From assembly GCA_965224025.1 (NCBI GenBank), contig OZ245033.1:4224001-4288000 (forward strand): a stretch of 64,000 bases of DNA, read 5' to 3'. Shown here one piece after another: positions 30,724-41,774 of this stretch (position 1 is its first letter; each line of letters starts with the position of its first letter). The notes beneath the pieces are model-generated. The model searched no databases, had not been told where the DNA came from, and saw only the letters and a program-made list of their open reading frames with translations. The translations under genes and the position numbers were made by a program. The DNA comes from Candidatus Multivorans sp. GTDB taxonomy: Bacteria > Acidobacteriota > Thermoanaerobaculia > Multivoradales > Multivoraceae.

Positions 30724-32278
30724 CTAGTCGATCCTCCACGGCAGATCACCGGGCGGCAAGCCCGCGAGTGCCCTGGCGATGTAAGCCAGCGCCTCAGTCC
30801 TCGCGTTGGTCATGACGCTCTGGGCGCGAAGCGCGAGCCCGAATTCACCGCGGCTGGAGGCCGCGTGAACAATCTTGTGGAGCGCGAAGCTAGCTCTCCG
30901 CTCGGGGTTCTCCAACCTGCCCAACGTCTCAAGCGCCTGGTCGCCCAGACCGGCTTTGGCCTGAGCATGGGTGATCGCTTCCAGTGCCCAAACCAAGGGG
31001 TGCGTCCCCGCGCAACACCTGCGGATCCGGACGCCGCTGAGGCGCTCAAACAAGTCGACAGCCGCTGCGAACGTCTCCTGAGCCGCCCCCGTCTCGCGCG
31101 CTGATATCTGGGCCTCCGCTACGTCAACCAGGAGATACAGCCGACTGAACCGCTGCCGACTCGATTGGCGGTCCGTAGCGCGCCGTCGAAGTTCCCCGCT
31201 CCAGCCTCCGATCTCGCGATTCTTGCCAGTGCACGGTCTGTCTTGAGCGCCTTGAATTCTGGATCGTCGACCTCGTTGGATGGCCCTCGATAGGCCCAGG
31301 GACTGGCGCTGATCCTGTGGAGAGTAGCTTCCGCACCCGTGCGGTCCCCAACCGCGGCTTGCGCCAACGCAAGAACCTCCAGAACCTTGGGGTCGTCGAC
31401 GACGATCCCGTCGGCCAACTCCATGACGGCGGCCCTCACCTCAGGGTCGCCGTGCGCGGTCCCCGCACCAACAACCTGGCCCAGAACGAGCAGCCGGTCG
31501 AGGGGCTCATCCAACCGTTCGTGGGCCGCAAAGGCCATCGTGACCTCGCCCGCCTCGGCCATGATTCCCGCGCTTGGCTTCGATCACTGGCGGGCAGGAG
31601 CAGGGCCGTCATGGCCACGAGCCGGCCTCGCGCGTCGAAGACCGCCGTGCCCGCTTGGCTCAGCGGCTTGGCAGAGCGGTCGGCAGGGGGTCGCGGATCC
31701 GGATGGGAGGCGAGAGCTGCGGCTGCTTCACGATCCACGGGATTGGATGGTGTCCCCATGAGACCACGGCGCACGGTCAGGACGTACCCCTCGGCCACGC
31801 TAACCGTGAAGATCTGCTCAGGTGGCCTGACGTCGGAGACGGCCGAGCCGGATCCGGAAACCGGCGCGAACTCGACCGGGGGCGAGCGCCAGAACGGCTC
31901 CTCCAGGAAGAGAAGGCATGCCTTTCCTTCCTCGTCGCGCGCAGCGAGAATCGCCGGAACGCCCTCAGCGGGCCGGACGACGGGCTGCTTCCAGGTTTCA
32001 TGCACAGTGATCGCCGCCGCACCGGCGAGCACACTGCAACCTGTGGCGACCTCGTTCGCGCCCACGACCATGCCGTTCCCAACCCCGCCGCCGGCCGTCC
32101 GGACGAGGACGACCAGGCCGGAATCGATGATTCGCTGCGGCGTGGCGAAAGCGACCGAGCCGACGGCCAAAGCGCTCGCCAGCATGGCGTGTACCGCCAC
32201 CATGGGCCAAGCCGGTCTGGACTCCGACGGCCGTCGCGGCCACATCACCATCCGCCAGTCGCCGAGCCTGTAAGGCAT
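30724..32278 (-). pseudogene. Frameshifted secreted protein: degenerate trypsin-like domain plus TPR-like helical repeats
   Basis: Signal peptide; GNGMVVG...VATGCSVL and GTAVFDARGRLVAM; ALARIA...A.AG.F..AL..A repeats spread over three consecutive ORFs. Confidence 0.55.
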
Positions 32279-32410
32279 CTCTCCCCCCGGACAACCCCGT
32301 CTGGTAGTCGGTTCTTCCGGGAACGCACAACGACTCTACTGCACGGCGATCCGGGCATCGCACTGTTCCCGTCGCCACCGCCGCGCGCCGAAGCTAAGAT
32401 CGGCGACCGC

Positions 32411-33481
32411 ATGCCGAACACCGACCCTCAAAGCCGCCACGAGAAGTTCTCGGGAACCAAGGAAGTGGCGGAGCGGCTGCGCTTCGACGTCGCGCCGTTG
32501 CAGCGCTACCTCGAGGAGCACGTCGAGAGGTTCTCGGGCGATCTCAAGGTCCGGCAGTTCAAGGGCGGGCAGTCCTGCCCCACGTACCTGCTCGAAGCCG
32601 GCGGGACGAGCTACGTGCTGCGCCGCAAGCCGCCTGGCAAGCTGCTGCCCTCGGCGCACGCGGTGGACCGCGAGTACCGCGTAATGACGGCACTCGGGGA
32701 CACGAACGTGCCGGTGCCGCGGACCTACTGCCTGTGTACCGACGAGTCGGTCGTCGGCACGATGTTCTTCGTCATGGAGCGCGTCGAGGGCCGGGTGCTC
32801 TGGGAGGCGCTGCTGCCGGGGATGGAACCGAAGGAGCGGTTCGCGATCTACGACGCGATGAACCGGACGCTCGCCCGGCTCCACGCGGTCGACTACGAGG
32901 CCGCGGGGCTCTCGACCTACGGCAAGCCGGGGAACTACTTCGCCCGCCAGATTCACCGCTGGACGAAGCAGTACGTCGCCTCGGAGACCCGGGACATCCC
33001 GGCGATGAACGCGCTGATCGAGTGGTTGCCGGCGAACATCCCCGACGACGACGAGACGACGATCGTCCACGGCGACTTCCGGCTCGACGACATGATCCTG
33101 CACCCGGAGCGGGCCGAGGTGATCGCCATCCTCGACTGGGAACTCGGCACGCTCGGCCATCCGCTCGCCGACTTCAGCTACCACGCGATGCAGTGGGAAA
33201 TCCCGAAGGAGAAGGGCGGCCTGAAGGGTCGCGATCTTGCGGCCATCGGTCTGCCGACTCTCGAGCAGTACCGCGAGGCGTACTGCCGGCGCACCGACCG
33301 GGACGGGATCCCGCACTGGAACTTCTACCTCGCCTACAACTTGTTCCGGAGCGCGGGTATCGCCCAGGGCATCGCCGGCCGGGTACGCGACGGCACCGCC
33401 GCGAGCTCTCACGCGAAGGAGGTGGGCGAATCGGTGCCGCGCACCGCGGGTCTGGCCTGGAAGGTCGCCCAGCGGGCGTGA
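32411..33481 (+). CDS. APH-family phosphotransferase (ACAD10/11 kinase-like)
   Basis: QFKGGQSCPTY, LRRKPPGKLLPSAHAVDREY, HGDFRLDD, LDWELGTLGHP. Confidence 0.93.
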   Translation: MPNTDPQSRHEKFSGTKEVAERLRFDVAPLQRYLEEHVERFSGDLKVRQFKGGQSCPTYLLEAGGTSYVLRRKPPGKLLPSAHAVDREYRVMTALGDTNVPVPRTYCLCTDESVVGTMFFVMERVEGRVLWEALLPGMEPKERFAIYDAMNRTLARLHAVDYEAAGLSTYGKPGNYFARQIHRWTKQYVASETRDIPAMNALIEWLPANIPDDDETTIVHGDFRLDDMILHPERAEVIAILDWELGTLGHPLADFSYHAMQWEIPKEKGGLKGRDLAAIGLPTLEQYREAYCRRTDRDGIPHWNFYLAYNLFRSAGIAQGIAGRVRDGTAASSHAKEVGESVPRTAGLAWKVAQRA

Positions 33482-33594
33482 ACCCCAAACACTGGATGCG
33501 CCGGCGTCCGCAAACCCTCGCCGCCCTGCCGACGCAGACAAAGCGGGCCGTCCCTTTCCCTCTATACTCCCGCTCGCCCCCGCCACCGTTCTCG

Positions 33595-34889
33595 ATGGAC
33601 TGGACAACCATCCGCCTGCTGTACCTGAGCGAGCTCAGGTCGGCGCTGCGTGAGCGGTCGGTCCTGATCAACGGGATCCTGATCCCACTCCTGATGTACC
33701 CACTGATGATGTGGGTCATGTTCTCGGGCATCCTGTTCGTCACGGCGCGCTTCGAGAGCTTCGACTCGCGGGTCGAGATCGCGGGCCTGCCAGCCGAGCA
33801 TCGGGGCCTGCTCGAGCGCCTGGAGGACGACGACCGGACCGAGGTCGCGGAGGTCGACGCGCCGCCGGCCGGCGCCGCGGCCGCGTACCGTGAGGAAGTC
33901 GAGGACCGCCTGCTCGCCGGCGAACTCGACGCCGCCCTGATCTTCGAGGCCACGGCGGACGCTCTCCCGGGCAACGCCGCGGTCTCGCTTCTGAGCAACG
34001 GCTCGAGCGACCAGTCCCAGACCGCGCGCGCCCGCCTGGAACGCGCCCTCTCGGCCGAGCGCTCGGCTTGGCTCGACCGGATCGCCCAACAGCACGATCT
34101 GGACGGCGCCGATTGGCAGGTCTTCGACGTGGAGTCGAACAACCTCGCCACCGGTCGCCAGATGGGGCAGTTCGTGATGGGAATGATGATCCCGTTGTTC
34201 TTCGTCTTCATGATCGCAAACGGCTGCCTCTACCCGGCCATCGACTCGACGGCAGGGGAACGCGAGCGGAACACCTGGGAGACCACGAGCACGCTCGCCA
34301 CCCGGCGCATTCACATCGTGACCGCGAAGTACCTCTACGTCGCCACCATGGGCACCGTCGCCGGTGCGCTCAACGCGGCCGCCATGGTCGTCTCCTTCCG
34401 CTCCTTCCTGGGGCCGCTCTTTGCCCGGCTCGGAGGCGGAGACGGCAGCGGCTTCGCCTTCGAACTGCCCCTGAGGTCACTGCCGGTCCTGCTCCTCACC
34501 GCCGTGCTGCTGGGCGCCCTCATCGGCGCCGCGATGATGATCCTCGCGGCCTTTGCCCGCACCTTCAAGGAAGGTCAGTCCATGGTCACTCCCATCTATC
34601 TCCTCGTCATCTTCCCGGTCCTGGTGCTGAACGACCCGAGCTTGACGTTCACGCCGGCGCTGGCGAGCATCCCGGTCGTCAACGTCGTGATGCTCCTGCG
34701 GCAGGCGATCGCGGGCAACCTGCTCTGGCTGCAGCTCGGGATCACGGTGTTTTCGAACACCGCCGCGATCCTCGCCTGCCTGTGGCTTGCATCGCGCATC
34801 CTGCGGGTGGAGAAGATCGCCACCGGCGCCTTCGAGGGCAATCTGTTCCAGTTTCTGCGCCAGCAATTCCGACCGGCGGGAGGTAGACC

Positions 34890-34893
<4 letters not shown>
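33595..34893 (+). CDS. ABC-2 / NatB-like permease
   Basis: AIDSTAGERERNTWET, ARTFKEGQ; TM helices; TATACT -10-like hexamer upstream. Confidence 0.9.
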
Positions 34894-35645
<752 letters not shown>

Positions 35646-35657
35646 GCAAGACGCCGG

Positions 35658-37730
35658 ATGAACCGCCGCACCGTCAGCGCGTTGGTCGTCAACGACCTGC
35701 GCCAGCTCGCCCGGAACCCCCGGGTGCTGGTGTTCGCCGTCGCTCTGCCGCTCGTCATGTGGCCGCTGATGTGGTTCCTGACCTCGCTCACCACGGAGCG
35801 GCGGCAGGAACGACTCGAGAGCCGCACCTACTTCTATGCCGTAGCGGACGACCCGTCGGACGCCGAACGCGCCGCCGACGCGCTGGTGTGGCTCGAACGG
35901 GCTCTGGCCGTCGCCGGCGACGAGGATCCGGCCGAGGATGCGGACGCATCGGACGGTCCCGCGGTGCATTTCGAGCGCGTCGAAGCACCTGCCGACTTCG
36001 CGGCCGCCCTCGACGAGGAAGAACTCCACGTCCTCATCGCCTGGGAGTCCGGAACTGACGAGGACGACACAAACGAAGACGTGGACCGGGAGGCGGTCGA
36101 AGACATCGGAGACGGCGCACAACGCGTGGTCCTCTCCTACCGCGCGGACATCGACGCCTCGGACACGGCCGAGGCTTGGCTCCGGCGGGCCCTGCAACGC
36201 ACGAGAGTCGAGGTCCGCGAGCAGCGTCTCGCAGCCGCCGGCTTCGAAGTGCCGCCGGATGACCTGCTACCGCTCGAGCGGATCGAGACCGCGAGCGAGG
36301 ACCAGACCTCGGGACTCTTCCTCGGGCGCATCCTGACCGCGATCATCGTGATGATGATGCTCGCCGGCGGCTCGATCGTGGCCACGGACGCGCTGGCCGG
36401 CGAGAAGGAACGCGGCACGCTGGAGACTCTGTTGACCACGGCCGCCAGCCGCATCGAGATCGTGATCGCGAAGAACCTCTCGATCCTGGCCGTCGCCTTC
36501 GCCACCAGCGTGCTCAACATCGCGAACATCGTCCTTTGGATGCGGCTCGACCTGATCGCCGCACCAGCCGGCCTGAAGCTGGTCATCCCGGTCGGCGCCG
36601 GCCTGCTGCTGCTCTTCCTGTACGCGCCGGCGGCTGTGCTTCTGTCCAGCAGCCTGCTGCTCGTCTCGGGCCGGTCGAAGACCTACAAGGAAGCGCAGTT
36701 GCTGTTCGCGCCGGTGATGCTCGTGTCCCTGGCCATTGCGGCAATTCCCGTGCTGCCCGGTGTCGCGCTACGCAGCGCGATCGTGGCCGTGCCGATCGCG
36801 AACCTCGGCGTCGCCGCCAGGGAGATCCTGACGGGCCACTACGACTGGCCACTGATCGCGGCCGCCTGGACGGTGACCGCGGTCGCGGCGGCCGTGCTCG
36901 CGCGCGCTTCGGTGCGAACGCTCTCGGCCGAGAAGTTGATCACCGCCAGCGACATCGACGCCGCCGACTTGACCGGTGGGCCCACGCTCTTCCCGCGCCG
37001 CGTCGGGCGCTGGTTCGCGATCCTCTGGGCCCTGCTCCTCGTGTGGCAACTGAACATCGGCGACGGTATCGACGGCCGCCTTCTGATTGCGATCAACATG
37101 GCCATCTTCGGCGCCGCGGCCTGGCTGATGATCGCCCGCTACCGCCTCCCGGTGCGGGAGACCCTGTCGCTGCGGGCGCCGCCGGCGGCGGCCTGGCTCG
37201 GCGTCCTGATCGCCGCGCCGGCAGGCCTCGTACTGGCCGACGGCGTGGTCCGGCTCGCCAGCCTGGCGATGCCGATCCCGGAAGAGTGGATCGAAGCGAT
37301 GGCGGAGGCCCTGGGCGCCGACATCCCGCTCTGGCAGATGCTCATCTTCTTCGCCATCCTGCCCGGCGTCTTCGAGGAAATCGCCTTCCGCGGCGTCCTG
37401 CTCCACGGCCTGAAGAGCCGGCTGACACACGTGCAGCTCGTCCTGGTCGCCGGTATCGTGTTCGGCTTCTTCCACGTCGACCTGTTCCGCATTCCGGGGA
37501 CGTCCCTGCTGGGCGTCCTGCTGGTGATCGCCGTCATCCGCTCCGGCTCGATCTACCCCGCCATGGCCTGGCACGCGCTCCACAACACCCTGGCCCTCGG
37601 CAGCGCCCGCGTCGAGCAGATCGGCCTGCCGGACCAACCGACCTGGTGGCACTACGCACTGGCCGCCCTGGCGATCCTCCTGGCCTTCCGGCTGATGGGC
37701 CGGTCGAGATCGCCTGGAGCGCCGGCGTAA
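35658..37730 (+). CDS. NatB-like ABC permease fused to a CPBP (Abi/CAAX) intramembrane protease
   Basis: AGEKERGTLETLL; C-terminal EEIAFRG, FGFFH, HALHN. Confidence 0.9.
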   Translation: MNRRTVSALVVNDLRQLARNPRVLVFAVALPLVMWPLMWFLTSLTTERRQERLESRTYFYAVADDPSDAERAADALVWLERALAVAGDEDPAEDADASDGPAVHFERVEAPADFAAALDEEELHVLIAWESGTDEDDTNEDVDREAVEDIGDGAQRVVLSYRADIDASDTAEAWLRRALQRTRVEVREQRLAAAGFEVPPDDLLPLERIETASEDQTSGLFLGRILTAIIVMMMLAGGSIVATDALAGEKERGTLETLLTTAASRIEIVIAKNLSILAVAFATSVLNIANIVLWMRLDLIAAPAGLKLVIPVGAGLLLLFLYAPAAVLLSSSLLLVSGRSKTYKEAQLLFAPVMLVSLAIAAIPVLPGVALRSAIVAVPIANLGVAAREILTGHYDWPLIAAAWTVTAVAAAVLARASVRTLSAEKLITASDIDAADLTGGPTLFPRRVGRWFAILWALLLVWQLNIGDGIDGRLLIAINMAIFGAAAWLMIARYRLPVRETLSLRAPPAAAWLGVLIAAPAGLVLADGVVRLASLAMPIPEEWIEAMAEALGADIPLWQMLIFFAILPGVFEEIAFRGVLLHGLKSRLTHVQLVLVAGIVFGFFHVDLFRIPGTSLLGVLLVIAVIRSGSIYPAMAWHALHNTLALGSARVEQIGLPDQPTWWHYALAALAILLAFRLMGRSRSPGAPA

Positions 37731-37746
37731 CGTCGGCAGCGCACTC

Positions 37747-37777
37747 CCTGGGAACGCGGGCGTCTCGCCCGCATCCG
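37747..37777. repeat. REP-like palindrome type A
   Basis: CCTGGGAACGCGGGCGTCTCGCCCGCATCCG between convergent genes. Confidence 0.85.
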
Positions 37778-37791
37778 CTCCGGCGCCGCTT

Positions 37792-38589
37792 TCAGTTGAC
37801 CCAGGGACCGCGGTGCACGCGGTCGTCGTCCTTCGGCTTCTTGCCGCCTGGAACGACGCGGAAGCGGCGGCGGCCGCGGTTCAGCTTCCGCTTCACGTAC
37901 CAACGCTCGTACCGGCGCCGCATCTCGCGCATCAGACCTTTCGCGCGCCGAGGCCGCAGCAGCACGAACACGGCGCCGATCGCCGTGCAGATGCCGAGGA
38001 AGCCGGCGAGGTCGCCGTACGCCAGCAGGCCGACCCAGGCAAACGCGATCTCGATCCAGATGAACCACTTGGCGCGGATCGGCAGGACGAAGAACAGCAT
38101 GATCGTCGCGTCGCGCCGAATCAGCGCGAAGGCGGCGATCACGATCGCGATCAGCATCCGCTGGCCCTGCATGAGGGCGAAGGCCGTCGTCCCCGCACTC
38201 CCAGCCGACTGCAGCAGCACCTGCACCAGGCAAGCCACCAGGGCGGCCGCGCCGGCCGACATCCAGAGCAGATTCCAGAAGCGCTGCCGGCCCAGGGCCC
38301 AGCGCAGATCGCCGGCGAACATGTAGAAGATCAGCAGTTCCACCAGGAACCAGATCGACGGCCCGCCCCAACCCGCCGCCGGATAGGTCAGGAGTTGCCA
38401 GACCATGCCCTGCTGCCACACCGAACTCGACAGCCGCATCAGTTCCGGCACGAAGGAGAGGGCCGGCAAGAACTGCAGCGAGAAGGTGACGAAGAGCACC
38501 GCCACCAGCAACAGGAGGTCGCGCGCGTGCGGCCCGGAAAGGCCTCCGAAGCTCATCCTGCGCGCGTATGACCCGCCACCCATCGTCAT
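37792..38589 (-). CDS. Rhomboid-like membrane protein, catalytic motif not evident
   Basis: WQLLTYP, L...LG...F, I.LFFVLPIRAKW, tail RRRFRVVPGGK...WVN. Confidence 0.7.
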   Translation of the reverse strand: MTMGGGSYARRMSFGGLSGPHARDLLLLVAVLFVTFSLQFLPALSFVPELMRLSSSVWQQGMVWQLLTYPAAGWGGPSIWFLVELLIFYMFAGDLRWALGRQRFWNLLWMSAGAAALVACLVQVLLQSAGSAGTTAFALMQGQRMLIAIVIAAFALIRRDATIMLFFVLPIRAKWFIWIEIAFAWVGLLAYGDLAGFLGICTAIGAVFVLLRPRRAKGLMREMRRRYERWYVKRKLNRGRRRFRVVPGGKKPKDDDRVHRGPWVN

Positions 38590-38606
38590 CGTGGGCGTGA
38601 CCTTAC

Positions 38607-39029
38607 CTAGGGAATGACCCGAAGACCTTCAAGCTCCGCCGCAGCCGAAAGGCGTTCGTCGAGACACACGAACGGAAGCGCGCCGCCGAATTGGTTCTGG
38701 ATCAGCAGGGCCGCCCCGAGTTGGCCGGCGTCGGCGGCCCGGAGCGAATGACGCGCGAGCAGGAGGTCCGCCCGGGAGCGAACCGCGAGCACGTCCGTCA
38801 CCTCATCCCAACGGGCAGCATGCATATTGAACCGCCCCAAGACCAGGCGGCGCTCCGAGCGAGACAGCACCCCCTCGCGGGCGCGCCTCTCGACGGCGCT
38901 GACGACTTCCGTGCGTGTCCAGACCCAAGTGACGATGCCATCGTCCTCGGAGAGCCACTCTCGAACCCGTCGGCTCTCCCGCTCGGCGAGAAACAGCGGA
39001 ACGAGAGCGGATGCATCCCAGTACCTCAC
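38607..39029 (-). CDS. VapC-family PIN toxin
   Basis: YWDASALVPL, LRAADAGQLGAA, FVCLDERLSAAA..EG. Confidence 0.9.
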   Translation of the reverse strand: MRYWDASALVPLFLAERESRRVREWLSEDDGIVTWVWTRTEVVSAVERRAREGVLSRSERRLVLGRFNMHAARWDEVTDVLAVRSRADLLLARHSLRAADAGQLGAALLIQNQFGGALPFVCLDERLSAAAELEGLRVIP

Positions 39030-39041
39030 GCTGCCCTGGAC

Positions 39042-39323
39042 TCAAAAGCGGTCGACACGGTCCTCGGCCAGCGCCTCGGAGATTCTCGCGTCGAGGGCGA
39101 GCGGCGGCTCATCGAGGATCCGGGCCGCGCCCCCTTTGCCCGGACGGATCACGCCCGCACTGACGAGGCGCGTCCGCAGATCGTCGTCGTCCTTCACGGC
39201 CGGAGCGACCAGTCGAGCCACAGGCTTCCCACGATCCAGAACCTGAATCTCGCCGCCCCGGCGGACCTCGCGCAGGTAGCGGGAGAGGTTCGCCTTCAGA
39301 TCGGAGATCGATACCGCTGTCAT
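39042..39323 (-). CDS. Phd/YefM-family antitoxin
   Basis: VSISDLKANLSRYLREVRRG.EI...DRGKPVARL; TATATT just upstream suggests a leaderless mRNA. Confidence 0.9.
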   Translation of the reverse strand: MTAVSISDLKANLSRYLREVRRGGEIQVLDRGKPVARLVAPAVKDDDDLRTRLVSAGVIRPGKGGAARILDEPPLALDARISEALAEDRVDRF

Positions 39324-39465
39324 GGCGACCAATATAGTCTCCTTCATGTGACCAGACAAGTCTCTACCCGTTCGGACCGCGCGCCGACGCCCCCGGACGC
39401 CGTCTGTATCATCCGTCGGGAGAGCGGCCGGCCGCCTCAGTTCACTACGCCACGGGAGACCCACG

Positions 39466-40059
39466 ATGGATCGCGAAGCCGCATGGAAGACCGTCCAGGA
39501 GTTCGTCAAGGTGCCCGGGCTCCGCAAGCACATGCTGGCCGTCGAGGCTGCGATGCGCTGGTACGCCGAACGGCTCGGCGGCGATGCCGACTCCTGGGGC
39601 CTCGCCGGCCTGCTCCACGACTTCGACTGGGAGATCCACCCCACTCTCGAGCGGCACCCGGCCGACGGCGCACCCATCCTCCGGGAACGCGGCCTGGACG
39701 AGGACATCATCCGCACCATCCTCTCTCACAACACGGAAGGCACCGGCGTCGAGCGGGAAACCCCACGCGACTACGCCCTGCTCGCCTGCGACGAGATCAC
39801 GGGGCTCGTCAGCGCGGCGGCGCTCATCCGCCCGAGCAAGGACATCCGCGACGTACCGCTCAAGTCCGTCCGCAAGCGCTGGAAGCAACGGGCCTTCGCC
39901 GCCGGCGTCGACCGGGAACACGTCGAGGAAGTCACCGCCGATTTCAGCCGCGAGTGTTTCGACGGTGAGCTCGACCTGTGGCAGCACGCCGGTAACGTGC
40001 TCGTCGCGATGCAGGCGGTCGCCGCCGAGCTTGAGTTGGACGGCCGGATGGCGCGCTAG
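39466..40059 (+). CDS. HDIG/HD-domain hydrolase
   Basis: KHMLAVEAAMR, GLLHDFDWE, ACDEITG, FAAGVDRE. Confidence 0.9.
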   Translation: MDREAAWKTVQEFVKVPGLRKHMLAVEAAMRWYAERLGGDADSWGLAGLLHDFDWEIHPTLERHPADGAPILRERGLDEDIIRTILSHNTEGTGVERETPRDYALLACDEITGLVSAAALIRPSKDIRDVPLKSVRKRWKQRAFAAGVDREHVEEVTADFSRECFDGELDLWQHAGNVLVAMQAVAAELELDGRMAR

Positions 40060-40152
40060 CACCACAGGGCTGTCCAAAGTCGGCCGTTCCGAGGTCGGAG
40101 GTGCGGAAACGACTCCCGGATCGATGGATCGGAGCCGCGATAGCTCTCCAAG

Positions 40153-40264
40153 CCTGGGAACCCGGGTGGCGCGTCCCGCGCCACCCGCGAACCATCCGAG
40201 CGCCCGTCATCGGGCGTGCGGATGGCACCCGGGCGTCTCGCCCGCATCCGGCGCGAAGCGCCGG
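40153..40264. repeat. Composite repeat: type A palindrome interrupted by a type B element
   Basis: CCTGGGAACCCGGG[type B]CGTCTCGCCCGCATCCGGCGCGAAGCGCCGG with ACCCGGG duplicated. Confidence 0.8.
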
Positions 40265-40297
40265 ACTTTGGGATGGTCCTGTAGCGTCACGAAGATC

Positions 40298-40327
40298 TTG
40301 ACATTGTCAGCTTCCAATCTATAGGAT
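40298..40327 (+). promoter_or_regulatory. Sigma70-type promoter with an overlapping palindromic operator
   Basis: TTGACA-18 bp-TAGGAT; TGACA-T-TGTCA inverted repeat at 40299-40309. Confidence 0.55.
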
Positions 40328-40520
40328 CCTGACTTCGGAGTCGACTTGGTGAGCGACGGACCGCATCGGAACCTCCCTAGACTCCTTGAACGAGCGTGGT
40401 CTTTGCAGTTGAGGCAAGTTTCAGCCAGAGCCATGCATCGATACGTCGGCTCGCGTAGCCCGCAAGGACATGCTCGTCGGTCTGAGGCGAAGCCTCGCTA
40501 GCAGAGGATGCTGAAAGTAC

Positions 40521-41774
40521 ATGAACAAGAGTGGAACGCCTTCCTCGACTCTCTCGGCCCAGACTCCTTCGTTACGCGCTGGGCCACCCGGTTTCACTAG
40601 CCCGGCGCCGGGTCTCGACCCGCCGGAAGTCGGTCGACGGCTAAAGAACGCACGCGAGGCAGCGGGCATAACGCAGGCGGACGCCGCGGCCGCTATTCGA
40701 GTGGCTCGCACGACGCTTCTGGCCATCGAGAAGGGGCAGCGGCGCTGGCAGCCAGCTGAGCTTCAGCGGCTCGCAGTGGCCTATGGCACCTCCGCGAACG
40801 AGCTCTTGCGGCGCGAGTCCGTGCACGTGGACCTTGCGCACCGGTTCCGAAAGGACGGTCGGTACGTAGACGCGGAAGTCGGCAAGGCGGCCCGTATCCT
40901 GGTAGGGCTCGTCCGCGCAGAGGTAGAACTCGAGAATCTGCTCGGCGTCCAGAGGCCTCGCAACTACCCCGCTGAACGCCCTCTCCTCCCGGGAGACGTC
41001 CAGATCCAGGCCGAGAGCGATGCGCTCGAACTCCGCCAGCGCATCGGTTTGGGTTTGGCGCCCGTTCGCGACATCGAGAACCTGCTGGAACTCGAGTTTG
41101 GAGTGCGCGTCTACGTGCGTCCGCTTCCCTCTCGAGTCTCTGGCCTCTTCGCCTACGACACCGACATCGGTGCGTGTGTGCTGTTGAACGCGAACCACCC
41201 TTTGACCAGACGTGCCCTCACCGCGGTCCACGAACTGGCCCATCTGGTTTCCGTTCGCCACGCTACGAGCATCCACTACCGCGACGACCGGCCCAGGTCC
41301 CGAGCGGAATTCTATGCCGACGCATTCGCCCGCGCGTTCCTGATGCCGCCAAGAACTGTCCTTGAGAAGTTCCGGGAGTACACGTCAGGGTTCTCCGCCC
41401 TGACTCGCCGTCACGTCATCTTGTTGAGTCACACCTTCGGCGTGTCGCGCGAGGCGGTGGTCCGTCGCATCGAGGAGTTGAAGCTCGTTCCGCGGGGCGC
41501 ATGGGACTGGTTCCAGGCCAACGGTGGCATTGCCGACAGGCAGGCGGTAGAGGTTCTTGGCGGTCTGGCACCTGTTGAAACCGATACGGCTCACTCAGAG
41601 CGCTGCATGCCCCCCCGTATCGTCGCCCTTGCCGCCGAGACGCATCGTCAGGACCTTCTCAGCGAGGGGCAACTGGCACGCCTCCTGAGTCTCGACCGGG
41701 TAACGCTCCGTCAGGTGCTCGACGAAGAAGCCGCGGAGGGCGAACCAAGTGCCGCCACGTCACTTTCTCCATAG
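40521..41774 (+). CDS. XRE HTH regulator fused to an ImmA/IrrE (M78) metallopeptidase
   Basis: GRRLKNAREAAGITQADAA..RTTLLAIEKG; TAVHELAH (HExxH); E..ADAFARAFLMP; FGVSREA. Confidence 0.92.
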   Translation: MNKSGTPSSTLSAQTPSLRAGPPGFTSPAPGLDPPEVGRRLKNAREAAGITQADAAAAIRVARTTLLAIEKGQRRWQPAELQRLAVAYGTSANELLRRESVHVDLAHRFRKDGRYVDAEVGKAARILVGLVRAEVELENLLGVQRPRNYPAERPLLPGDVQIQAESDALELRQRIGLGLAPVRDIENLLELEFGVRVYVRPLPSRVSGLFAYDTDIGACVLLNANHPLTRRALTAVHELAHLVSVRHATSIHYRDDRPRSRAEFYADAFARAFLMPPRTVLEKFREYTSGFSALTRRHVILLSHTFGVSREAVVRRIEELKLVPRGAWDWFQANGGIADRQAVEVLGGLAPVETDTAHSERCMPPRIVALAAETHRQDLLSEGQLARLLSLDRVTLRQVLDEEAAEGEPSAATSLSP

